A DNA stretch of 63,565 nucleotides, the filler included, from Neolecta irregularis DAH-3 (lineage: Eukaryota): NCBI GenBank assembly GCA_001929475.1. It is 19 parts of 19 records of this genome, joined end to end, with 100 filler letters (N's around TTAATTAATTAA, not from the genome) between each part and the next. Parts side by side here need not be neighbours in the genome. Positions count along the whole stretch, not along the records: positions 21,864 to 28,657 come from LXFE01001530.1; positions 28,758 to 30,187 come from LXFE01000081.1; positions 30,288 to 31,848 come from LXFE01001537.1; positions 31,949 to 33,266 come from LXFE01001539.1; positions 33,367 to 38,028 come from LXFE01001541.1; positions 38,129 to 43,553 come from LXFE01001542.1; 13 more parts are not named here. One strand, 5' to 3'. A program made the translations under genes and the position numbers. The notes under the pieces were generated by a model, which was not told the DNA's origin, made no database searches, and worked only from the letters and a program-made list of their open reading frames with translations. This document shows, piece after piece, positions 25,532 through 38,148 of this stretch (position 1 is the first letter of the stretch; the number at the start of each line of letters is the position of its first letter).

Positions 25532-26106
25532 TTATTCCTTGTTCCCAATAGACGGAGTAGATCCATTGACTAGAGTCGACGACGTGCTTTTCCAAAATCG
25601 ATACAGACTAGAAAGTTCTTCTCCCTCGATACGCATCTTCTTCCATTCCCCGTGCAACTTGGCACCGATTACTTCTTCGTAGAATTTTATTGATTTCTAA
25701 TTAATCAGCCGTGATCGGCTGAACGAGGGCTTTATACTGTATTCCAATCAACCACTTGGAACTCGACTCTTGCACAGTTATGGTCCTTGGCAATATGTCC
25801 GATGTAGCCGAAAATAGCTTTTCCGACACCCTTTCCACGTTTCTCGGGTGCTACAAACAAATCTTCTAGATGAAGAACTCTCCCGGTCCATGTCGAATAT
25901 GCATAGTGCCATAGACAGAAGCCGATTGCGCCATCTTCGTCTTCAGCGAGGACGACGTGAGCGAGATTGTCGGTGAAAAGATCTTCTCGTAGTTGTTCTT
26001 TGGTTATCTCTAGGCGGGCATTGTCGTGGTAGTGGGCTAGGTCATGAATAAAGTTGTATATTACAACAAGGTCGTCTACTGTAGCTTCTCGAAGAGTGAA
26101 AGACAT
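25532..26106 (-). CDS. GNAT-family (diamine/polyamine-type) N-acetyltransferase
   Basis: MSFTLREAT..YSTWTGRVLHLEDLFVAPEKRGKGVG..VVDWNT|KSIKFYE..EWKKMR; one intron. Confidence 0.9.
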
Positions 26107-26401
26107 GTTGTGCGGCAAGAAAATCGAGAGGGGTGGCTGGTCGTAAAAGATGTCAGCTGAGACACTTGCGACAAATAAGTTGTGTGGGGTTTGGTCAGAC
26201 GACCAAATGTCTCCGCCACAGATCGGAAGAATTTCCGGGCCGGACTAGACCACGAAGAACAATATTTGCTGAAACGACCTGAGGTATTGTCGCCGGACCG
26301 AATTTGAGAGCTATGAGATTGAAAGAATCTACCAAGGGAAAGAATATACAATCTTGCCACCAATGCTTCCAACGGTCATCACCAATTGATATCTATTGAT
26401 T

Positions 26402-28440
26402 CTACAACTTGGCCTTTTTCAACATCTCTGATTGAAACATAACCCTCAATTCATCTGCTGCATCCTTCAAATAAAACTGCATGCGATGATTGTCTAGGTG
26501 TTTTGAAACAATGTTAAAGTTGATGCTATCCTCATTGATCATGTATGCAATACCATATCCATCAGCAACAACTTCGCCCTTGCAGGTCAGAAAACGTGAA
26601 AAAAGAAATATACCCATCCATAGCCAATGAAATGTTCAGAAGATAATTGAGAAGTACTCAGAAACCAATGGCTAGAATAGGAATATGCTGGATCTGAGAA
26701 GATTTCTGGAATTGGCTCATCTGGCTTTAATAATTGCTTCAATCCAAAAAGATGCCGATCAACGCCTTTACCCTCCGATGCATCCGAGATGTACTTTACG
26801 TGAGCGTTGATTGCCTTGCGACAAAGGTCGATAGATTCTTTAGTACTGACGTTGGGATCACACATTGCTTTGCAAAAGGCGACGCTTTCATCCGAGACGG
26901 TTCGACATGTTTCCGTTCGACCTAGCTTAAATCGACGGGTCGCAGCCGATTCATAAGTAGGCCGACTCACGCCATACATTTTGTAATAGGCTAATTGTAT
27001 AATCATCTGTACATATGCGTCTGGGGAGCATTTCGCCTTTTTGATAAAGGCTTTGCCGTAGCCCTGGTATTGCTGAACTCGCAGATCCTGCTCGGAGATG
27101 AGTGTTTTAAAGTTTTGTTTGGCCTGATCAATTGAAGCAGAGACTTGTGGGGTGACTGTAAATTTCAGTTCCTTGGGCGGTGGTAATGATCTATTGATGG
27201 ATCCATGGTCGACTTTGTTATTGAATAAAACATCACAAACGTAGTCGTTGAGTCGATGGGTGGGCGTTCCGTCCATCATAGAATGCTCGCCCAGAAAGCC
27301 AGAAACACCATTTTCAAATATAATAAATTGCAGAGGTTTGTCGTAGAAGCGATTCTGGCCGTCTCCGTGCCAGCATTCGCGGCCTCTCTCTTCGAGGGTG
27401 ACTGGAGCCGTTTCGTCGAGGCAAACAAGAAAGGATGCGGACTGAATTTTTTCGAGGAGAGCTTTGTTGTCGGGCGAGGCTTTGAGGAGAATCTCTCGAT
27501 ACTATGGAATCAGTGGATCCCAGGCAGCACGAGCATGCCTTTAGCCATAGATCACGGTTATCGCTGGTCAAGGCTCCGATGGCGGGGCCTTGATTTTCTC
27601 CGGCAGCTTGCATGATATTCCTGAACTGGCTCTTCAGCTCCTCTGTACTCAACTGCTTCCCGTCAATGTCATGCTGGACGGCAAAGAATCTGTTCTTCCG
27701 GACAACGATGATATGCTTATTTGCCGATTTATCGTAAATTTCGGAATAATCCGAGGTTGCACGAGGCAAGCGACAAGCATTAAACATCCACTTGTACGAC
27801 TCCATAGACAGGGGCACGCCCCTCATGTGCTCTGGCTCCAGGGATTTCTCGTCTACCATCTTCTTGAAGCAAAGGGCGGCGGTGGTGATTGCAGCGGCGC
27901 GGTCAACCTGGTCTCTGCGCCGCCTGTCGTCCTTGTGGGCATAGAAATAGCTGACAAAGACCACTACAGGGTGTCTGTAGGCCATGTAAGCGTTCAGGTC
28001 CCACCACTCGGCCAGCCAGTTGGACACTTTCGGATCGCGCGACCGCTCTTGCAGGCGTTTCTGCAGCTGCTCGCCGGGGCCGCCGGGCGTGACAAAGCTG
28101 CGGACGGCGGCCTCTGTGTGCGCGAACTCGCTGGGCGACAGCAGCGGATGCACGGTCTGCAGGTATTTCGCGGCAGACTCGGCGAGCGGCGGGACGGGCA
28201 GCGCGGGCAGCGCGGCCTCGAAGCGCAGCATGGGGCGCTGTGCGGGGTCTTCGCGGCAGGAGCTGGAGCGTCGCGCAGCCATGGGAGTCTGGGGCGGGTT
28301 GGCATGGCGGCGGGCGGGCCTACCTTTGAGAACAACGGGCGCGGGACAGGCGGGCGATGGCCTGTTGAGAACACTGGGCGCAGGACAGGCGGGCAATTGC
28401 AGTTTGAGAACACAGAGGCGCGCAGGAGGACACGCAGCAT
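26402..28440 (-). CDS. CAT2: Carnitine O-acetyltransferase, dual mitochondrial/peroxisomal
   Basis: LPALPVPPL, NWLAEWW, NRFYDKPLQ, catalytic GEHSMMDG, SPDAYVQ, TYESAATRRFKLGRTE, LSTSQ; C-terminal AKL (PTS1); Arg-rich upstream exon from 28440; second ATG at 28282. Confidence 0.93.
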
Positions 28441-28757
28441 GCAGAAAGGCGCCGGGTGACGGGCGGCAGGGCCGGGTGCAGGCGGCGACGCGGCTTTTAA
28501 GCACGCCCGGGCGCCGGCGCTCATGTGATAAAGCCTGCTCCCGCCGCACTACTCCTCCCAAACACGCACCGCACTACAGCGCGGCAGTCACCGCTTTTTG
28601 CGCGCACTCTTGCGGCTGCCGCTCTGCAGAAGCCGCGCCGGCGTCCGGGCCGCCGCCNNNNNNNNNNNNNNNNNNNNNNNNNNNNNNNNNNNNNNNNNNN
28701 NTTAATTAATTAANNNNNNNNNNNNNNNNNNNNNNNNNNNNNNNNNNNNNNNNNNNN

Positions 28758-30187
28758 CGTGTGGGTGGGGGGGGGGATGGTAAACCCACAATCGTAGATT
28801 GTTGGTGTGGGGTTGCTTCGCTATGGGGGGGGGTGCGGGGGCGGGGGATTTTTTTTAGTATACATAAGAATATTCGCAAAAGATATAGGTATTAAATTAG
28901 GACCAAAGAATACTTTTATTAAAAAATTTGATCAATTTAAAAGACCTAACTTGGACAGAAATTACTCTACAAATATTGGCCCTAACAACATGAAATTTAT
29001 AGACAAAGATATAGTTAATTTACCCCTTCGATGGTCTCGGGAATAATTGACGGAGAGGGATGGTTTTTATGTTAGTGTTTATAAAACACCAAAGAATATA
29101 TGTGGATGGGGTGTAAATCCTGGTTTTTACTTTAGGACTCCATATGAAAGATTTAGAGTTGGTTGAAAAGATTCAATCTTTTCTTGGAGGTATTGGTAGT
29201 ATTCACGTTAGATTAATAGCTAAAAAGGAATGCGCAACGCTAAGAATAGCAAAATTAGAGGAATTTAGTAAATGTACTAATACCACATTTTGAACCGAGA
29301 AATACCCTTTACTAACACATAAAGCAACCCGACTTAGCTATATTTATACAGATTTTAGAAATGAAATTACGCAAGGAACATAGTACTCTTCAAGGAGTTC
29401 AAAAAATTGTGAATTTAAAATGTAACATGAATGAAGGGTATATCCAAAGCGTTAATAGAGGCCTTTCCCTGCACTATCCCTGTACCAAGGCCTCCAATTA
29501 TTCAATAAAGAGATTTACGATCCTTTTTGGGTTGCTGGTTTTGTTTCGGGAGAAGGTTGCCTTTATGTGTACATTAAGTAAACAATTGAAATTAAAATTT
29601 AAGTGTCACCCTGGATTAGGTTTTTCTATTTCTCAACATATCCGTGATAAAGAGTTAATGGGAAGTTTCATAGATTACTTAAATGTGGGGAGAGTATGGA
29701 ATTCACATAAAAATGCTGTTTCATATGGTACAGCTAATTTTATAGACATATATGAAAAAATTATACCATTCTTTAAAAAGTACCCCATTGTAGGAATTAA
29801 AAAGTTAAATTTTGAGGATTTTTGTAAAGGAGCTGAAATTTTAAAAAGTAAGGCTCATTTAACTAAAGATGGATTTGAAGAATTTAAAAGAATAAAAAAT
29901 TGGATGAATTCTAAAAGAGAATGGAAATTGTAGTTTTATGAGAAAGAAAGACCCTTTCTTTATAAATTAATATTGTTGTTATATTGACACTTTATAGATT
30001 TTGTGTGGCTTTTTTGTGGGTATTTGTGTACGTCTGGGGCTCTTAAGCTTATTTTTGGTAATAAATTTTACCATTGTCTATTTAATAATGTATCTGCTAG
30101 ACCGTAATTTTAATGAAAGTCAAGCTAACCCTAACCCGAAAAGATCTAAAAATAGCTTAATTAATCAACGTAGATATTATTCAGCGT
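28758..30187 (+). pseudogene. Mitochondrial-type DNA: frameshifted LAGLIDADG homing endonuclease (NUMT or misplaced mitochondrial contig)
   Basis: Very AT-rich; DPFWVAGFVSGEGCLYV, FSISQHIRDKELM, KIIPFFKKYPIVGIKKLNFEDFCK, HLTKDG; several frameshifts; followed by cox1-like LLDRNFN and an intron-ORF-like RRYYS. Confidence 0.85.
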
Positions 30188-30287
30188 NNNNNNNNNNNNN
30201 NNNNNNNNNNNNNNNNNNNNNNNNNNNNNNNTTAATTAATTAANNNNNNNNNNNNNNNNNNNNNNNNNNNNNNNNNNNNNNNNNNNN

Positions 30288-31362
30288 AGTCGAAGCTGCT
30301 TCCTCCATTTTTGCTGTTAGAATGGTTTCTTCGAATTCCACATAAGCATCAAAGATTTGTGTGAAATCTCGAACAGTCATTACGCTGGTTATTCCTTCTT
30401 CAAAGGTATCTCGAGCCTGAGAAGATGAGATGAATTTTGAAAGAGTACTACCTTTTCTAGTTCACCGCGAGTGACCCAATAAGTAGCTAAACTAGTCCAC
30501 AACTTCCCTCTCTGATCAGAGAACTTTGCAATCCCACTGCGAATAATCTGCTCTACGTTTATACCCGTCATTTCTGATGGGTGGTGCACACATATATCAC
30601 ATAACTCCATCCATAACTCATAATTACTTTTACCTTCCAGAGACCTGAAATTAGGATCGTTAAGTATATGAATATAGGTATTGGCCGCTTCGAAATAATA
30701 TTCGTTATCAAGGAGTAATTCGATATAGTGTTCAGATTGCTCAGGGTGATTCTTCTGATCAGTTCTAGGGACAATGATGCAGTGTACCCGTATATATCGT
30801 TTGTATACTCTGTACCCTGTCTCCCCGGCAGCACTTTCGGCGAAAGGGAGGTAAAGCTTCCATATCCGCGAGTGTTGAGTCAGCGGTAAAGCCCTCAAAG
30901 CGCGATCAAACACTCTTCTTGAATGCGAGATTTTGCATTGTTTCAACAAAAATTGTAGGTATTCTAGCCATATTCGAGGCATCTAGAGAAGTTAAATATC
31001 GCCATAGCTATATTCGTACCTTGTGTAATAATACAAGGCTCCTTTCGAAGCAATAATTAATTTTCTCCCATTCTTTTTCATATGTTGCTGGATTTAAATC
31101 TTCTACATGCTCCATCCTTTCGTGAAGATACATTCTCCATAGCTTGTAACTTCCTGGTAGATCCTTGACCGCTCTTTCAAAGATAAAGGCTCGTTCGTGA
31201 ATGGGTCGATCGTGTTTGTGATCGAGGTACCGGATCCATGGCTTTAATACATATGGATTCCTCAATAATTCTTCTTCATAAGCCTCATCCGACGCCCCCT
31301 TATCTGGTCAGAAAAAGTTTGAACTCGAATGAACGTACAATTAAGGCCAGATCAATGGACAT
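30288..31362 (-). CDS. SYF1: Pre-mRNA splicing factor Syf1/Cwf3, 5' part (3' cut by gap)
   Basis: YEEELLRNPYVLKPWIRY..FERAVKDLPGSYKLW..HK|MPRIWLEY..RVFDRALRALPLTQHSRIW..DQRGKLWTSLATYW..TVRDFTQIFDAY. Confidence 0.93.
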
Positions 31363-31374
31363 TTCGTTTGCCGT

Positions 31375-31750
31375 TGGAAGTATGTTGCACAGACTCGCCA
31401 ATTTTACGACGATCGGTCCATAGTGTCACGTGACCCACGACGAATCTTGGGAGCAGAACTAGGTGCAAATGGCAATCAATCTACAGTTACACAACCAACC
31501 AACGGATTTAAACAAACAACAACTATCAGGATCAGAATTTAAAGGTGAAACTAATGGTCTACCAACCAACTTGATTCAAAAAAGCCAAAGGGGAACCTTT
31601 GAGTAAGCAACTCACGAACGTGCGGTATTCAAAACACATCGTAGGAAAATGTAATTTCCACAAGCAGATGCACCTTGACGAGGGCTTTCCAACGGTACCA
31701 AACGACAAACGGAAAGTGCAATAACGTGTACTTGTTAATAAAACAAGCAA
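31375..31750 (+). mobile_element. LTR-like repeat, TGTAAG family (end approximate)
   Basis: TGGAAGTATGTTGCAC..TGTCACGTGACCCACGACGAATCTTG..GATCAGAATTTAAAGG..GGGCTTTCCAACG, matching 5915 and 17558. Confidence 0.7.
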
Positions 31751-31948
31751 CTAACAATATTCAGTATTGCTCTTTGAGAATCCAAAAAGTTGAACTTCGT
31801 ATAGGTGGTAGTTCAGCGGAGATTTAAAAATGGCGATTATTTCCCATCNNNNNNNNNNNNNNNNNNNNNNNNNNNNNNNNNNNNNNNNNNNNTTAATTAA
31901 TTAANNNNNNNNNNNNNNNNNNNNNNNNNNNNNNNNNNNNNNNNNNNN

Positions 31949-32985
31949 AAACTTTGATGAAAACACTGGGGAATTACATATAGCTGGTCAGTCGAACTTC
32001 TGCAGCAGTGACGACTGCAGCAGCTACGATTCCGAAAGTGACGATTCCAACATTGTGTTTGACGAAGAATCGAGTTCTGATGAGTCAAAGACATTCCGGA
32101 TTCCTTCGGGACATATCAAACGTTGGCGTTCGATGAAAGATCAATCTGAACGGCCAGCCTATTGGACAAAAATTTCCGCTACAAATGCGGAAAAGAGAAT
32201 TGTTAGGAAACCCACATCCGCTCATCTAAAAAACCTTCAAAGTCTCCTCGATGGTAAGGAGCTGGGTGTCTCAAGAAAGACGTCAAATTTAGTGTCGAGC
32301 TCAGGACTCGTCAAACGAAGAACAAACATCAGAAACGCTTTACAATATTTGGTGCGATACTTCAAAATTCTCTTTGACAAGTTGTAGTTACATATGGGAG
32401 AAGAGAAAGTCGACCTAGATGATGAGAACAGCCGGCTTGCTAAACTTGCGCAAAGTGCTCTACTGGATTTTCAGGTATATAGAGCCCTTTTTAATGAAAT
32501 TTGACAGGAAGGAGTCTCGCGACAAACAAAATATTGACTTGGCTGCCATTTCAGATTGGGTTTATGAGAAAGTTCCCGACAATAATCAATTTAGCCGAGG
32601 CGCCAATCTTAAGGGAATCGTTAGCCTGATAAATACCGGGAAGTGGATGAACATGGAGGGACCGGTGGAGCCTTCTCAAGAGAAATCAGCCCTTTATGGT
32701 AGACGACATTCAGCAGAAGCTTCCTTAACAGCTTTTGTATCTAACCTATTCTTTGATGTGAATCTGACCTCCAAGCTCAAACTCGCACCAAAATCCCTTA
32801 CAGGAAATTGTTCCCTTGCATTAAAGAAGGTCAAAGGGGAACTTGAACAAATTGCAGATCAATTGGGAGGGGACATGGTACATACGTGTGCAAGCTGTTC
32901 TAATCTCAAGCAATACAATAGTGAAGATGCAATCCGACTATGGTGCAACGACAATCTCCCATCTCCAAGCAAGTTGAATATTTAG
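31949..32985 (+). CDS. Hypothetical protein, partial, with introns
   Basis: Open frames 32055-32387 and 32419-32985 with short GT-AG intron candidates; no family recognised. Confidence 0.45.
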
Positions 32986-33653
32986 ACGATAGAGGTTAGT
33001 GCGTGGAGCACTGGAGATATTAGTATAGTTTCTATAAGTTACTTTGAAATGTAAATAATGTTCGACTTTCTCATCTGCTTCTTTAGTCTGTCAAAAACAA
33101 ATTTTCATCAAATGTATACCTGAATCTTGGATGCCTCCCGGCCTTCATAGTAAGTTCAACTCGCAAGTGGTCACGGAGCCAGAAGCGAAAGGAGCGGAAT
33201 TCAAGGCGCTCTGCCGGGTTAATTTATACGACGGGCGTGGTCAGGCTTACTCAACTAGGAAATTATNNNNNNNNNNNNNNNNNNNNNNNNNNNNNNNNNN
33301 NNNNNNNNNNTTAATTAATTAANNNNNNNNNNNNNNNNNNNNNNNNNNNNNNNNNNNNNNNNNNNNTTCGCCTGTTTTGATAGACTTGACATTGTCTCAC
33401 AACGATGAAATGGGCTAATGCTATATTAACTGTTGGTTTTATAAATACAAACCAGGAAATCAGAGGCGTCAACCTGATATTATTTCACCAATGTCTAGGA
33501 CAAGATCTTAGGGTTAGGGTTAGCCTTGCAATGGACATGAATGGACACTGGTTACGATAGAGAATTTCCATAAATTGACGCTAATTAACAACTCGATCTG
33601 TGGCTGTGCTCGCCACCAAAACGCCTGCTGCGCCACGAATAGCAACTCCCTCG

Positions 33654-35347
33654 ATGATCCCCCGCATTTTTCCATCGCGCTTGTGGTCTGTGCGCCTTCG
33701 CGTCTACTCATCTGCATCCACAGTTTCGGATTTTGCACTTCCGCGCTCCTCCAAATCCAATACCGCGACCAGCGCACCACTCGTCACTCCCCGACAACTG
33801 AAACACCATCTCGACCAGTATGTGATCGGCCAAGATAAATCGAAAAAGATCCTCAGCGTCGCGGTCTACAACCACTATCTGCGCATCCAGCACGCGATCC
33901 GAAATTCTATCGAGGAGGAAGACGCCGACGCGATCGAGCACCAGGTATTGACCGATTTTCCAGGACAAGTTGGAGGAACATCTGGTAAATCCTGCTGAGA
34001 TCAGCCGCTAACAGGAGAATTTGAGGACTACAGACCCGGGGTCTCGGTGGTCGAACCACAAAGCCCCATCTTTGAGAAATCCAATGTGCTTTTGATGGGT
34101 CCAACCGGCACCGGAAAAACTCTCCTTGCAAAGACTCTGGCCAAGGTCTTGAACGTTCCCTTTTCCATATCGGACTGCACCCCACTAACACAGGCGGGTT
34201 ATGTTGGCGAGGATGCAGAAATATGCGTCCATCGGTTGTTGCAGAGTTGCGATTGGGGTATCTTCTTTCTCAGAGAATGCTAACCGACAGACGTACGGGG
34301 AGCTGGTCTGAACCCTCAGTTAGTGGATTAACCAGTCAGAGTATGGAATCATAGTACTTGACGAATGTGACAAGTTGGCCCGGAAACCAGATAACGGAGC
34401 CTCTGGAAAGGACGTCTCTGGAGAAGTGACCTTGCTCGTTCCTATCACCGCTGATTGAAACAAGGGTGTCCAGCAAGCATTATTGAAAATCTTGGAAGGC
34501 ACGACCTTGCAAATAGCAGACAAGACACATAAGAATGAACGACCTCGAGTCAACATCCCCTCATCGCCGGGTCCTCCACCAGCCACTAGAGGCGATATCC
34601 ATATCATCGATACTTCAAACATTCTCTTCATTCTCAGTGTATCCTCTTGTTGCAAGTACTATGTATCTAATCCCAGGGCGCATTCATCGATCTGGACAAA
34701 ATCGTCAAGCAACGTTTGCAGAAATCGGTACATATCTTGTTGCTAGTCTTTCTCTAACCCATCAGACAATCGGTTTCAACTCTGGCTCCTCTTTATTCTT
34801 TTCCCATGCATCATCGTCATCTTCAAAACCTATCCCAACACAATCTTCCCCGCCGTCAGAATGGCTTCATTACGTTGAGCCAGTCGACATCATCCAATAT
34901 GGCTACATCCCTGAATTAGTTGGCCGAATTCCTATAATCGCCCCTCTAAATGACCTCACCCTCCACGATTTAATCCGCATCCTCTCAGAACCAAGAAACG
35001 CAATCATCAAACAATACGAAAATCTCTTTGAATTAAACAACGTGGAAATCAAATTTACTTCGAGTGCTATCCACCAGATCGCAACTTTGGCAAAGAAAAA
35101 CGCGACCGGCGCAAGGGGATTACGTAGAATCATGGAAAATGTCCTTGAGGACGCAATGTTTGAGACCCCCGGGAGTTCAGTACGCTATTGTTTAATCACC
35201 GGAGACGTTGTTCGAGGCGAGAAGAAGGCTATTTATTTTTCGAGGGGACAACAGCATAAATTCTATGGAGTCATCGCTATAGACGAAGAATTGTTCAAGG
35301 AGGGAAAGGATCCTGGGAAGGACGGGGGATTGGCGAGTGCAAGGTAA
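33654..35347 (+). CDS. MCX1: Mitochondrial ClpX AAA+ chaperone
   Basis: Arg/Ser presequence; [96 protein letters not shown]. Confidence 0.93.
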
Positions 35348-36503
35348 TCTATATACTTGGTACTATTGTAGTTCTTGTTGCCTGGAATACATACGGGTAT
35401 GGTGCTGGATATATCTCATCATTCGGGAATCGCCGTTTGTATATTTGAGATGATATACAGTTGCGATATTATACCGTCGGAAACAACTATCTATAATTCA
35501 GTGTGTCTATCCTTATTAATATCGCCCGTTAAAATTCCAGATCTTGTTACATTGAATAATTTCTTGTAACACTACTATCTGAATAACGTCGCAAAAGGAA
35601 AACTGTGCATACTACGCCGTATCACTGCTTAAACTGCTGTATAATTATGTGACCGCGCCGATCCTCCTGTCAAACAACACATCACTGGAAAGCCTCTGAA
35701 AAATAGTGGCACCACCCTTTTATTTTAAAATGAGAATGACATCTGACTGCTGTCACTTAATACGAAAGCACTATTCCTCAATGATCAAATATTGGCCAAG
35801 CAAATATGCACATTGGCGTTACTTCAGAACTCCCGGATTCGATACTAACAAACGATCTGCCCAGACCCTTGCTAAACTGCAGTCGATGTATACAGTCATA
35901 TTTCCCTCTGGTATTTATATGAAAAAGACCTGAAATTTAGAATTTGGACTGTTCCCTTGTTCCATTGTAGTTTAATTTGAGAGAGCAGTGAATTTAATCA
36001 CTCGCTTACAATTGGACTACTCATGGAGACCATATGATTGACACAAGCAATCTTTAACTGGTCTTTGACGATTTATCCAAAAGATAAATTCTGTTGAAAT
36101 GCGCAACTTGCGAGTAACAGATGTTTCCAATGCGCTCTTTTGCGACAATACCCAGGCTCTACGTGACAGATAAGAAAAACTTGGTGAAAACCACTGCTCT
36201 TAAAATTCTCTTTCTTTTTTGTTCTAGATGTTATTCTGCTACCACTGAAATGACTTAGGCCATCGGATATGAGTCGGAATGCGAGATTATATCTATTATC
36301 TAATAACACAGAAATAAGCGAGTAGCAAATTTATATCTGCGAGAAATCTGTCAAACTGATTTTTCTGATTTTTCTCCGGGCATATGATGGGAAGTCGGAT
36401 GAGTTAATGTCTTATATGAATGTCTCATACTCCGCCATTGGATATCATGCACATCGATAAAATCCCAAAGTCCCCACTTTCTATTTTTGAAAGACCGATC
36501 ACC

Positions 36504-37316
36504 ATGCCCGGCTGTCCTTTATTCATTTCATTGTTCTTGGTTCCTGCGGTCTTGGGCTTGAGAGCGGAAATTCGACCCTCAAATTATCACGAAGGACCCC
36601 AAGGTGCTTCTCAGTATATCCAAATTTCCAACCACGTTGAAAAGTCGGAACCTTTTTCATTGAAAGCATCAAGGAGTGTAGACGATGCGTTGATTTCTTT
36701 ACATGTATTTTCACTCTGAAATTAAGAATCATAGAGAGAAGGAACGATCTCGCTTGACAAAGATACCGATATCTACGTCCATTCTTGCGACAACTGGGAT
36801 TTTCTCGTTCGCTACCTCGCGAAACTTAAAAAAAACGTTGTTATACTATACTCAGACCATGCTCAAGAATGCAGGTTGGTCTTCCCACCACATGCCATTC
36901 CCGGACATATAACCTATTTCTCCCTCGTTGGAGATGAAGAAGTTTTAAAATCTTTCAAGCACGAGATCAAGGACGGAGCGGAATATCAAGTCATCACCTC
37001 AGAAACATCTTCAGTCTTGATAGACTGTCGAAACAATATTATGATGATTTGTCTAATCGTATTGCTTGTGGTTTCGATGACTGCGAATTTGATCATTGCG
37101 GCTCTCGGCTGCTGTGGGCGTCTATTATGGAAGGATAGCGCTGAAAAGAAAACGGAGGAGGCCGTTGCAAGGATTTATGCTCGACAAGCCGCGAATCCAC
37201 CTAGATGTACTGACCCAAATCATAGGAGCCCGTGTGGCTCTTATTCGAGTGAAGAGATCAATGTTGGTCTGCTGCCACAGTACACTTATGAACTGAAAAC
37301 TCCAAATTATAATTAG
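36504..37316 (+). CDS. Hypothetical type I membrane protein
   Basis: Signal peptide MPGCPLFISLFLVPAVLG; ~30-nt GT-AG intron near 36706 restores the frame; TM segment MMICLIVLLVVSMTANLIIAALG. Confidence 0.6.
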
Positions 37317-37478
37317 CGACGAAAAGGGGTTGCGATTCTTGGAAAGATGCCGTTATCATGCTGTAAAATTGGGGGGTTTGCGTAGATATTTGAACTTTTT
37401 TAAAATATATATTTATATCAAGAAGATGAATTGCTCCTATTGAATGAAATCTGATCTCTACTTTTATAGGATTTCGGA

Positions 37479-38028
37479 TTATCTACTCATGAGAATATCA
37501 TCAATCTTTAACACCATCTTGGTAGTTTCAGCAGCCAATTCTAAGGCACTCGTCGCAACCAGCAAAGGCATAATAACATTCTCATCGAGAATATTTCCCA
37601 CCACGCCCTTCCTAACGTTAATCCCAGCTGTATTCTCGCCTTTTTCATGACGTGATCGAAGTTCAGTGACTACGTTGATACTATTGAGCCCAGCATTCTC
37701 AGCAAGGGTGGTAGGTATAACCTCCAACGCGTCGGCAAATTCTTGGAAGCAATAGGATTCAATTCCTGATGTTTCACGGGCGAGTTTAGAAAGATATCGA
37801 GAGATTGAGATTTCGGGCGCCCCGCCGCCAGCAATGAGTGCTCTTTTTTTGTTAAATTAGTTCAAGTATGGAAAAGATACTTTTTCTTAACGAGACATCG
37901 TACTACGCAGAGCGCATCGTGTAGACTTCGATCGGCTTCTTCGAGAACCAGTGAGTTTGCTCCTCTAATCACGATGGAAACAGTTTTGCCAGGGATTTTG
38001 ATTCCGGTAATTTTGACAATCTTTGAAC
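37479..38028 (-). CDS. CCT4: Chaperonin CCT delta subunit, 3' part
   Basis: [67 protein letters not shown]. Confidence 0.92.
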
Positions 38029-38148
38029 NNNNNNNNNNNNNNNNNNNNNNNNNNNNNNNNNNNNNNNNNNNNTTAATTAATTAANNNNNNNNNNNNNNNN
38101 NNNNNNNNNNNNNNNNNNNNNNNNNNNNGGCAGGCAGCAGGCCGCGCG

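Noticed and set aside
27590-28709. Long plus-strand ORFs
   Set aside because: Antisense shadows of GC-rich CAT2.
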